DNA of 53,575 nucleotides from an uncultured Bacilli bacterium (lineage in GTDB: Bacteria; Bacillota_I; Bacilli_A; RF39; UBA660): positions 1 through 53,575 of the forward strand of contig CALVII010000002.1 in the NCBI GenBank assembly GCA_944329465.1. The letters are read 5' to 3'. The notes beneath the pieces were generated by a model. The model saw only the letters and a program-made list of their open reading frames with translations. It ran no database searches and was not told the DNA's origin. The translations under genes were made by a program, and so were the position numbers. How positions within the stretch are numbered: the first letter of the stretch is position 1; each line of letters begins with the position of its first letter. Below, piece by piece: positions 1-7,800 of the stretch.

Positions 1-714
1 TTAATGGAAGAACTTCAAAATATTAATGAAGAGGTTAGTCCAAATGAGATTTTGCTTGTTATTGATAGTATGATGGGACAAGATGCGGTTAATGTTATAA
101 CGGGTTTTAATGAAAGACTTCCTTTAACTGGAGCTGTTTTAACTAAATTGGATGGTGATACTAAAGGTGGAGCGGCTTTATCTATTAGACATTTAACCAA
201 TATTCCAATTAAGTTTATTGGTGTTTCTGAAAAAATGGATGGATTAGAGCCTTTTCATCCGGAAAGAATGGCTAATAGAATACTTGATATGGGTGACTTA
301 ATGAGTATGATTGAAAAAGCCGAAGGAGTTTTTGATGAAGAAGAAGCTTTAGAGACTGCAAAGAAATTACAAAAAGGTAAATTTGATTTAGAGGATTTTT
401 TAAATCAATTACATCAAGTTAAGAAATTAGGACCACTTGAAAATTTAATAAAGTTAATTCCTGGAGCAAAAAAAATGGGACTTAATAATGTAAGTATAGA
501 TCCTAAACAGATGGCTCATATTGAGGCGATTATTTTATCAATGACTTTAGAAGAGAGAAGAAATCCCGATGTATTAAAAGCCAGTAGAAAAAGAAGGATT
601 GCTAGTGGTAGTGGAAGAAGTGTAGAAGAGGTTAACAAGCTTTTAAAACAATTTGAACAAATGAAAGTTATGGTTAAAAAAATGCAGAGTGGAAATTTTA
701 AAATGCCTTTTTAA
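1..714 (+). CDS. ffh: Signal recognition particle protein Ffh, C-terminal part (5' end lies outside the window)
   Basis: The reading frame is open to the window edge. It shows the end of the SRP54 G domain (LTKLDGDTKGGAALS), then the Met-rich M domain and RKRRIASGSGRSVEEVNKLLKQFEQM. Confidence 0.95.
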   Translation, partial: LMEELQNINEEVSPNEILLVIDSMMGQDAVNVITGFNERLPLTGAVLTKLDGDTKGGAALSIRHLTNIPIKFIGVSEKMDGLEPFHPERMANRILDMGDLMSMIEKAEGVFDEEEALETAKKLQKGKFDLEDFLNQLHQVKKLGPLENLIKLIPGAKKMGLNNVSIDPKQMAHIEAIILSMTLEERRNPDVLKASRKRRIASGSGRSVEEVNKLLKQFEQMKVMVKKMQSGNFKMPF

Positions 715-758
715 AACACTAAATTTTATGGTTTAATCCATTTTTAGTGTTTTTTTTA
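715..758 (+). terminator. Rho-independent terminator after ffh
   Basis: AACACTAAA (715-723) pairs with TTTAGTGTT (743-751) and is followed by a T run. Confidence 0.6.
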
Positions 759-832
759 ATTTAAAAAAGGAAAAGTGGCAAAAAAAATCGTATGTTTTAT
801 ATAGAGGGATATCTCAAAGAAAGGAGGCATAT

Positions 833-1768
833 ATGCCACAATTAGTAAATATAGAAAAAATTGATATAAGAAAAAATCCAGATACATTAATGAACTCAAT
901 GTTCGATCCAATATTTAAATCCATTGTTCAAAATCCTGATTTTAAAAAATTACTTTCCTTAATTATAAGTCATGTAACGGTATTCTCTCCTAGTTATATT
1001 TATGAAAACTTAGTGTTTGCTAATACAGAACTTCCAGTAGAAAATTATAAAGAGAGGAAAAAAATAACTGATATAATAATTAAAGTGGAAGGAACAATTA
1101 TTAATATAGAAGCAAATAGGAGTGCAGAAGCAAGCATGGTAGCTAAAAACAATCTATATCATCACAAAATAGCATATGATAGATACCTATCAGGAGTTTT
1201 AGTAGATAATAGCGAAGTATTACAGTTAAATTTTAATGTTATTAATAGATTTGATGATAGGTTATTTATTGAATTTAGTATGAAAGATGAAACAGGAAGA
1301 TTTACTGATGAAGAAAATTTTAAAAGAATACACATAAATATGGTCAAACCTTTAGAAAAATATTATAATGGTGGTAAAGAAAGTTTATCTAAGTTAGAAA
1401 AAATATTAGTAATGTTTCAAATAACTAGTAGAAAAAAACTTAGAGATATTTCTAAAGGAGATGAAGAGTTAGAAAATATGGCAAAGATAATTGAGGATTT
1501 AAATGAAGATGAAAATATTATAGGATTATATGACAAAGACAAGATGGATGAGTGGATGAGAAAAATTGATCATGCTGAGGCAATTAAAAAAGGACATGCT
1601 GAAGGATTAGAACAAGGATTAGAACAAGGATTAGAACAAGGTTCAAATGAAAAAGCATTAGAAATAGCTAAGAAAATGTTAGATTCAGATATGAATATAT
1701 CAGATATTTCTAAATTTACAGGTTTAAGCGAAAGCAAAGTTGAAAAGTTAAAAGCTGAGAATAAATAA
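833..1768 (+). CDS. Rpn family recombination-promoting nuclease / putative transposase (PD-(D/E)XK, YhgA-like), copy 1
   Basis: Its N-terminal half resembles the second copy at 37878..38693 (F..IF....N...L..L, D.II/DLLIK, I.NIE/LINVE, then a YH/Y block). It has a C-terminal HTH-like tail (ISDISKFTGLSESKVEKLK). A strong SD (AAAGGAGG) precedes the ATG. Confidence 0.7.
   Translation: MPQLVNIEKIDIRKNPDTLMNSMFDPIFKSIVQNPDFKKLLSLIISHVTVFSPSYIYENLVFANTELPVENYKERKKITDIIIKVEGTIINIEANRSAEASMVAKNNLYHHKIAYDRYLSGVLVDNSEVLQLNFNVINRFDDRLFIEFSMKDETGRFTDEENFKRIHINMVKPLEKYYNGGKESLSKLEKILVMFQITSRKKLRDISKGDEELENMAKIIEDLNEDENIIGLYDKDKMDEWMRKIDHAEAIKKGHAEGLEQGLEQGLEQGSNEKALEIAKKMLDSDMNISDISKFTGLSESKVEKLKAENK
1604..1639 (+). 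repeat. Perfect 3 x 12-bp tandem repeat (GGATTAGAACAA) encoding GLEQ-GLEQ-GLEQ inside Rpn copy 1
   Basis: Read directly: ggattagaacaa occurs three times in a row. Confidence 0.9.
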
Positions 1769-1801
1769 TTCTTGGCTTTTAATATATTAAAAAACAATGG
1801 C

Positions 1802-2074
1802 TTAAAAACCATTGTTATTGAATTTATTACAGCAACATCCTGGATCGTTATTGATAATTTGATTTTCTTCAGAACAAGTGTATTCAGGAGTATAAGTATG
1901 ATTATAAATATGTTTGTTAATTACATGAGTATGAATTGGACACACATGTTTTACCTCGTGACAAAATTCTTTTTCAATACAATTAGTAATAACTGGTTCC
2001 ATAATTGGACAGTTTGGCTCTGGACGGCAACAGTTATCTATTGGTCCTGTAAAGCCCATGTTCTTTTTAAACAT
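1802..2074 (-). CDS. Cys/His-rich small protein, CotD-like inner spore coat protein
   Basis: SD AAGGGGGA lies 7 nt before the ATG. The His-rich pattern HEVKHVCPIHTHVINKHIYNHTYTP resembles the CotD core (..VPHIHP.HTT.VNH..F.H.HYFPH) as I recall it. A hairpin plus T run (1793-1816) spans the stop codon. Confidence 0.5.
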   Translation of the reverse strand: MFKKNMGFTGPIDNCCRPEPNCPIMEPVITNCIEKEFCHEVKHVCPIHTHVINKHIYNHTYTPEYTCSEENQIINNDPGCCCNKFNNNGF

Positions 2075-2097
2075 TTTTCTTTCCCCCTTATCTAGTT

Positions 2098-2130
2098 TAT
2101 GATATGAAATAAATATTTTTATGAATATGG
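2098..2130 (-). promoter_or_regulatory. Candidate mother-cell (sigmaE/sigmaK-type) promoter for the CotD-like gene
   Basis: The minus strand reads CCATATT, a 17-nt spacer, then CATATCATA. This fits ATA/ATATT-17-CATA...TA consensus forms. The match is by eye only. Confidence 0.25.
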
Positions 2131-2199
2131 CAAATGTTTAGAATATTGACATTTATAATGTTTGTGGTAATATATATTCGAACTTTGGAGGAGATTTAA

Positions 2200-2991
2200 A
2201 TGAAATTTAGTTTAGAGGAAAAGAAAGCTATATGTGCTTTGTTTGATAAGTGTGATGTTGCTATGCTTAAAATTAGTATACATGATGGAGTTAAACATAT
2301 TGATAAGGTTTATTTAGATGGAAAATATTATGATATTCCTAGTGAAGATTTAGGTATTAAAATATCTTTTGTTAATGGTGCTGTTGATTTAATAAGAGAG
2401 AAAGGAAATATTTCAAAATTAGATAAAGATGAAAGAAATTTTGTGATTAGAAATCATCCAGCTTGGATAATGCTTAGGGATTGTTTTGATTTAAATGGTG
2501 AATTAGACCATAGCTTATGTGGTGTGGTTAGAACCAATCAAAAGAAACCTTATGAAGTGTGGGCTCAAGATTTTTGCGATTCGGTCGGTGACAAAAAGTA
2601 TTATCCTAAGAAGAATATGAAATCTTTATTAGTTACTTATAGTGAGTTTGCTAGAATACATAATTCTGATAGTGAAAGAGTTAGATTTCCTATTAAAAGA
2701 GATTTAGCTACATCCTTTCCTAAAGGTGTAAAGGCTTTATATAGAGGTTTTTTTGAAGCAATTAGAATTATGGCTTTGGATGATGATAATTTTAAATTAG
2801 AACTTAATAAATTTGGTTATCCAGAGGTTTATTATAATCAAGGTAATCAATGGATAAAAATCGATGTTGGAACTGACGAAGGCTTAGAAAAATTATCTAG
2901 TTTATCTAAGTCGCCTTATGAGAAGATAAAACCTGTTAAAGAGACTAAAGTTAAGAAAAAAAGGCCCACTAAGGGTAAAAAGAAAAAATAA
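2200..2991 (+). CDS. Hypothetical protein with Lys-rich C-terminal tail
   Basis: A 263-aa ORF with SD GGAGGAG. I recognised no motif. The tail is KPVKETKVKKKRPTKGKKKK. Confidence 0.6.
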   Translation: MKFSLEEKKAICALFDKCDVAMLKISIHDGVKHIDKVYLDGKYYDIPSEDLGIKISFVNGAVDLIREKGNISKLDKDERNFVIRNHPAWIMLRDCFDLNGELDHSLCGVVRTNQKKPYEVWAQDFCDSVGDKKYYPKKNMKSLLVTYSEFARIHNSDSERVRFPIKRDLATSFPKGVKALYRGFFEAIRIMALDDDNFKLELNKFGYPEVYYNQGNQWIKIDVGTDEGLEKLSSLSKSPYEKIKPVKETKVKKKRPTKGKKKK

Positions 2992-2993
2992 TA

Positions 2994-3038
2994 AAAATCA
3001 AGGGTCTAGATGAACTTACTTTGTTTGCCCTTGATTTT
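2994..3038. terminator. Bidirectional hairpin between convergent genes
   Basis: AAAATCAAGGG pairs with CCCTTGATTTT, followed by a T run. The loop is long (23 nt). Confidence 0.45.
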
Positions 3039-3072
3039 TTGTTTGATGTCTACTATTTGGGGTTCACATCAT

Positions 3073-3438
3073 TTAGCATTTTATTTTATTATATATTTCT
3101 TCTGGAGATAGCTTTTTTCCTTCTTCTTTATATTGTGGTTTTAGGTGAAGATGAAAGTGTTTAACTTCTTGTTTTAATCCATTGTTTTGTACTAGAGTTA
3201 AACCATCTATATTTAATTTGTCTTTTAATAGTTGGTTTATTTTTCTAGCGACATCCATAATATGTATTAAAGTATCATTATCGATGTCAAATAAATCTTG
3301 ATAATGTTTTTTAGGAATAATTAAAGTATGTCCATTGACATCGGGATTTACATCTAAAAACACTTTAACTACATCATCTTCATATAAAGTGTATGAAGGA
3401 ATTTCTCCATTTACAATTTTACAAAATATACAATTCAT
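3073..3438 (-). CDS. HIT family (histidine triad) nucleotide hydrolase
   Basis: Histidine triad HFHLHLKP and N-terminal CIFCKI. I moved the start to the ATG at 3438, which lies 4 nt after GGGTGAT. The ORF track starts at the GTG at 3447. Confidence 0.9.
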   Translation of the reverse strand: MNCIFCKIVNGEIPSYTLYEDDVVKVFLDVNPDVNGHTLIIPKKHYQDLFDIDNDTLIHIMDVARKINQLLKDKLNIDGLTLVQNNGLKQEVKHFHLHLKPQYKEEGKKLSPEEIYNKIKC

Positions 3439-3537
3439 TTTTATCACCCATAATTATTCTATCATATTATGGGTAATTTTAGTTATTTTATACAAAAAGA
3501 TTAAAAAAAATGTTAAAATATAGAAAGGTGATTAGGA

Positions 3538-4287
3538 ATGAATATTTTAAAAATAGAAAATTTAACAGTTGAAATAGGTGGTAAAACTATTTTAAAAGAT
3601 TTTAATTTAGAGATTAAATCAGGGGAAATTCATGCAATTATGGGTCCAAACGGTACTGGAAAGTCTACCTTAACTAAGGTTATTATGGGAGATACTAATT
3701 ATAAGATTATTAAAGGAAAAATTATTTATAATGGTAAGGTTATTAATAAGATGCCGGTAAATGAAAGAGCAAAATTAGGAATATTTTTAGGAATGCAAAT
3801 GCCGGTAGCTATTGAAGGAGTTAGTAATGCGGATTTTTTAAGAAGTGCTTTAAGGACTAAAGAAGGAGATAATTTTAAATTACTTTCTTTTATTAAAGAA
3901 GTTGAAGAATTAACTAAAAAATTACATATGGATAGCGAAATGATTCATAGAGGTATTAACGATGGTTTTTCTGGTGGAGAGAGGAAGAAAAATGAGATTT
4001 TACAGATGAATATTTTAAAACCAAATATAGTTTTACTTGACGAGATTGATTCTGGTCTTGATGTCGATAGTTTAAAATTAGTTGGGGAAAGTGTGATGGA
4101 TTATTATAAGGATAAAAAACCAGCTGTTTTACTAGTTACTCACTATCAAAGACTTTTAGATTATATTAAACCTGATTTTATACATATTATGAAAGATGGA
4201 CATATTGTGTTAAGTGGTGATAAAAGTTTAGCTTTGAAGATTGAAAAAGAAGGTTATGACAAATTAGTAGGCGATATTTATGAATAA
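3538..4287 (+). CDS. sufC: Fe-S cluster assembly ATPase SufC
   Basis: Walker A GPNGTGKST, signature FSGGERKK, Walker B VLLDEIDSGLD. Size is 249 aa. Confidence 0.9.
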   Translation: MNILKIENLTVEIGGKTILKDFNLEIKSGEIHAIMGPNGTGKSTLTKVIMGDTNYKIIKGKIIYNGKVINKMPVNERAKLGIFLGMQMPVAIEGVSNADFLRSALRTKEGDNFKLLSFIKEVEELTKKLHMDSEMIHRGINDGFSGGERKKNEILQMNILKPNIVLLDEIDSGLDVDSLKLVGESVMDYYKDKKPAVLLVTHYQRLLDYIKPDFIHIMKDGHIVLSGDKSLALKIEKEGYDKLVGDIYE

Positions 4288-5068
4288 GATTATTATAAAT
4301 GGTGAGGATATAAAAATTGAAGGTAACAGTGATATAGAAATCAGTATAGGAGAGGCCAGTAAATTTTTAAATGTTCAAAGTGTGAAGATTAAGATTATAA
4401 AAAATACTGATATAATTATCGAAGCTAGTGAGGTCGATATTAAACTTGATTTTTATATAAATGTTTTAAAAGACATCAAAGCTAATATTTATGAATATAA
4501 GCACGATGGTGATTATAAGTTTCAATATAAGTATTATTTAGAAGAAAATAGTCATTTGAATGTGGAGAAAATTTGTGATGGAAAAAATATTAAAGAAATG
4601 ACTGTTATTAATTTAAACGGAGAAAATGCGATAGCTAATTTTAATTTAAAGACTATTTGTAAATCTTTAGAAAAATATAATTTTTTGGTTTATCATAATG
4701 CGAAAAATACGGTTAGTAACATATTAAATAATGGGGTTAATATTTTAGATGGTAAGTTAGAATTTAATGTTTCAGGTTTTGTTTTAAATGGAATGACAGG
4801 TTGTAATATTGATCAAAAAGCAAGAATTATAAACATGACAGAAAACAGTTGTATTATAAAACCTAATTTATTTATTGATGAAGAGGATGTTATAGCTAAT
4901 CACAGTGCTTTAATTGGAACATTTTCTTTTGAGGAAGTTTTTTATTTGATGAGTAGAGGAATTTCTAAAAAAGAGACCTTGAATTTACTTACTAAAGGTT
5001 TTCTTTTGAAAGGAATTACATATTATAAGGAGATTTTAAAGGAGATTATTAATGAGTATTGGAGGTGA
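4280..5068 (+). CDS. sufD: SufB/SufD family Fe-S assembly protein (short, SufD-like)
   Basis: C-terminal block ANHSALIGTFSFEEVFYLMSRGISKKE is typical of SufB/D. It overlaps the sufC stop (translational coupling). Confidence 0.7.
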   Translation: MNKIIINGEDIKIEGNSDIEISIGEASKFLNVQSVKIKIIKNTDIIIEASEVDIKLDFYINVLKDIKANIYEYKHDGDYKFQYKYYLEENSHLNVEKICDGKNIKEMTVINLNGENAIANFNLKTICKSLEKYNFLVYHNAKNTVSNILNNGVNILDGKLEFNVSGFVLNGMTGCNIDQKARIINMTENSCIIKPNLFIDEEDVIANHSALIGTFSFEEVFYLMSRGISKKETLNLLTKGFLLKGITYYKEILKEIINEYWR

Positions 5069-5072
5069 TGGT

Positions 5073-6266
5073 ATGCATCGTGAAGATTTTAATATTTTGA
5101 ATACGGGAATTATATATTTTGATAATGGGGCAACGACATTAAAGCCTAAGATTTTGGGTGAAGCTATTTCCGATTATTATAATAATTATAGTTCAAACGC
5201 TCATAGGGGAGATTATGCTTTGAGTATAAAAGCTAGTGGAAAATATGAAGAAACAAGATATTTGGTTAAAGATTTAATTAATGCGAAAAATGTTTCAGAA
5301 ATTGCATTTACTAGTGGGGCAACAGATTCAATTAATAAAATAGTGTTTGGCTATTTTGCAAATGTCCTTAATGAAGGCGATGAGGTTTTACTTACTAAAA
5401 GTGAACACGCTTCTAATTTACTCCCTTGGTTTGAATTAGCTGATAGACTTAAGTTAAAAATTAAATATATTGAGTTAGACGATAATCATGAGGTTTTGAT
5501 AGAAAATGTTCGAAAAACGGTTACCAATAAAACTAAAGTTATTTCGATTGCTCATGTAAGCAATGTAGTTGGTGATGTTAGGCCAATAAAGGAGATTATT
5601 GAATTTGCTCATAAAAATGATGTTTTAGTTTTAGTAGATGGAGCTCAAAGTGTACCACATATGAAAGTAGATGTTCAAGATTTAGATATAGATTTTTTAA
5701 CTTTTTCAGCTCATAAGATGTGTGGTCCTACAGGTGTTGGTGTTTTATATGGTAAGGAAGAGCTTTTAAATGATATTAAACCTATTATATTTGGTGGTGG
5801 AATGAATGCAGATTTTAGTACGGATGGAACGAGAATTTATAAGACCATGCCAGATAGATTAGAGGCTGGTACGCCCAATATAGCTGGGGTTATTGGGTTT
5901 GGATATATTATTAAATATTTGATGGATATAGGTTTTGATAATATACATAAATACGAGCTATATCTTAAGGATTATTTGGTTAGTAGGTTAAAGGAGATTA
6001 AAGAGATTACTATTTATAATAGTTCTAGTCAAAGTGGAATTGTGACGATTAATTATGATGGTATTTTTCCGCAAGATTTATCTATTTATTTAGATAAATA
6101 CAATATATGTACAAGAGCGGGTAATCACTGTGCGAAAATACTTAAGGATGAAATCCATATAAAAAATACTTGTAGAATTAGTTTATATTTTTATAACTCC
6201 AAAGAGGAAATCGATAAGTTAATTTTAGCTTTAAAAAATCCAAATATTAAAAAGGAAATTATCTGA
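5073..6266 (+). CDS. sufS: Cysteine desulfurase SufS (class V aminotransferase)
   Basis: PLP-lysine region SAHKMCGPTG and active-site Cys in RAGNHCA. I chose the ATG at 5073 behind GGAGGTGATGGT. The ORF track starts at 5052. Confidence 0.9.
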   Translation: MHREDFNILNTGIIYFDNGATTLKPKILGEAISDYYNNYSSNAHRGDYALSIKASGKYEETRYLVKDLINAKNVSEIAFTSGATDSINKIVFGYFANVLNEGDEVLLTKSEHASNLLPWFELADRLKLKIKYIELDDNHEVLIENVRKTVTNKTKVISIAHVSNVVGDVRPIKEIIEFAHKNDVLVLVDGAQSVPHMKVDVQDLDIDFLTFSAHKMCGPTGVGVLYGKEELLNDIKPIIFGGGMNADFSTDGTRIYKTMPDRLEAGTPNIAGVIGFGYIIKYLMDIGFDNIHKYELYLKDYLVSRLKEIKEITIYNSSSQSGIVTINYDGIFPQDLSIYLDKYNICTRAGNHCAKILKDEIHIKNTCRISLYFYNSKEEIDKLILALKNPNIKKEII

Positions 6267-6277
6267 TTTCCTTTTTA
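6249..6277 (+). terminator. Terminator after sufS
   Basis: AAAGGAAAT pairs with ATTTCCTTT, followed by Ts. The hairpin overlaps the stop codon. Confidence 0.55.
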
Positions 6278-6332
6278 ATTTGACATTTATTTTAATAATG
6301 GTATTATATACACTTAAGAAAGAGGGAATATT

Positions 6333-6755
6333 ATGTTTGGAATTGTGTCTAATGGAAGCATGGATAAGGATTTATTTAATGAAGAATATAAAGAAAATAA
6401 AGAGATTATTGAAAATCTAATATTTTATATGGAAAAATCTCCTAATATGATTGATTTGAAATTAGAGGAACTTGGTTATGATCAGATTGTTAAGTTACTT
6501 AGATTTTTAAATAATTGTAAAGTAAATTATACGACAATTTATTTAACAACATTTTTAGAAGGATATATTGCAAAAAAAGAAGATGAATTATTTTTAGATT
6601 TGTATGTGGCTTATCAAGATGGTAGTGTGGATACTTGGATTAATAGTAGAAATTTATCAGAGTTAAAAGCTTTAATGGATGGTATTCAAAATGATTCTAG
6701 TTTTGAATTTATCTTTCCTGATTTATACACAACTGTTTCTAAAAGGATTAAATAA
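6333..6755 (+). CDS. Hypothetical acidic protein
   Basis: A 140-aa ORF with SD AAGAAAGAGGGA and its own TTGACA / TGgTATTAT promoter. It has a single Cys, so it is not an IscU/SufU scaffold. Confidence 0.5.
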   Translation: MFGIVSNGSMDKDLFNEEYKENKEIIENLIFYMEKSPNMIDLKLEELGYDQIVKLLRFLNNCKVNYTTIYLTTFLEGYIAKKEDELFLDLYVAYQDGSVDTWINSRNLSELKALMDGIQNDSSFEFIFPDLYTTVSKRIK

Positions 6756-6802
6756 TCTTTTTGTTATTTGCATAAAATTCATGTATAATGGAAATGGTGA
6801 TT

Positions 6803-7720
6803 ATGATGAAGAAAAGTGTTTTAGTGTGTAATCCTAATAGTGGTAAAAATAATAAAGAAATTTTAGTTAAAAAATTTGAAACTATTTTAAATGAATATGG
6901 TTATGATGTAGAAGTTATTTTTACTAAATATGCAGGTCATGCGAAGAAAATAATTGTAGATTTATCAAATGATATTGATTTGGTTATTTCATTAGGTGGT
7001 GATGGTACATTTAATGAGATTGTAACCGGTAATTTAAAGCGTGATCACAAACTATTACTTACACATATACCACTTGGAACGACTAATGATTTAGGGGCAA
7101 CATTTGGAATGGGTAAAAATCCAGTTAACAATTTAAAAATGATTTTAGAAGGAACAGTAAAGGAATTAGATATTTGCACGATTAATGATGTGCCTTTTGT
7201 TTATGTGGCTGGCCTTGGTAAGTTTACGGATGTAGCTTATGATACGCCTAGAAATTTAAAAGAAAAATTGGGTTATTTTGCTTATATGATTAACGCTTTA
7301 AAATCTTTTAATCAAAAAACCCATTTGTTTGAAATGAGTTATACAGCTAATGGTGAAACATATACGGGTCTTTATTCTTTTGCTTTGATTTGTAATGCAA
7401 GTAGAATGGGTGGTTTGGAAATTTTACAGGATGTAAAGATGAACGACGGTAAGTTTGAAGTGTTGCTTTCTAATATTACAACTAAAAAAGATATTATCAG
7501 AAGTTTATATTTACTTAAAACAAGCGATATTACTAAAGTTCCAGGTTTTTATTTTTTTAGAACTGATAATTTAAAGATTAAATTGAAAGAGAGTCCTAAG
7601 AAAAGTTTTTGTATAGATGGTGAGATGCTTAAGACTAAAACTAAGGATTATGAAATTAAGATTGTTAAAGGAATAAAAATGTTACTTCCTAATAAGGAAC
7701 TTGCTAAAATATTTATTTGA
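6803..7720 (+). CDS. Diacylglycerol kinase family lipid kinase (YegS/DagK/BmrU type)
   Basis: ISLGGDGTFNEIV (GGDGT) motif, PLGTTNDL, and family-typical size. The start is 6803 or 6806. Confidence 0.85.
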   Translation: MMKKSVLVCNPNSGKNNKEILVKKFETILNEYGYDVEVIFTKYAGHAKKIIVDLSNDIDLVISLGGDGTFNEIVTGNLKRDHKLLLTHIPLGTTNDLGATFGMGKNPVNNLKMILEGTVKELDICTINDVPFVYVAGLGKFTDVAYDTPRNLKEKLGYFAYMINALKSFNQKTHLFEMSYTANGETYTGLYSFALICNASRMGGLEILQDVKMNDGKFEVLLSNITTKKDIIRSLYLLKTSDITKVPGFYFFRTDNLKIKLKESPKKSFCIDGEMLKTKTKDYEIKIVKGIKMLLPNKELAKIFI

Positions 7721-7800
7721 GTTATAAGTGGCAAATTGCTTTTTATAGCTTTTTTTGTTATAATTATTACGGCTTTTAAACACTTTAGAAAGGAGATAAA

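Noticed and set aside
1772-2095. 107-aa plus-strand ORF from the track
   Set aside because: It lies entirely antisense to the SD-preceded, terminator-followed CotD-like ORF. It has no SD of its own and a hydrophobic, low-complexity translation typical of a shadow frame.
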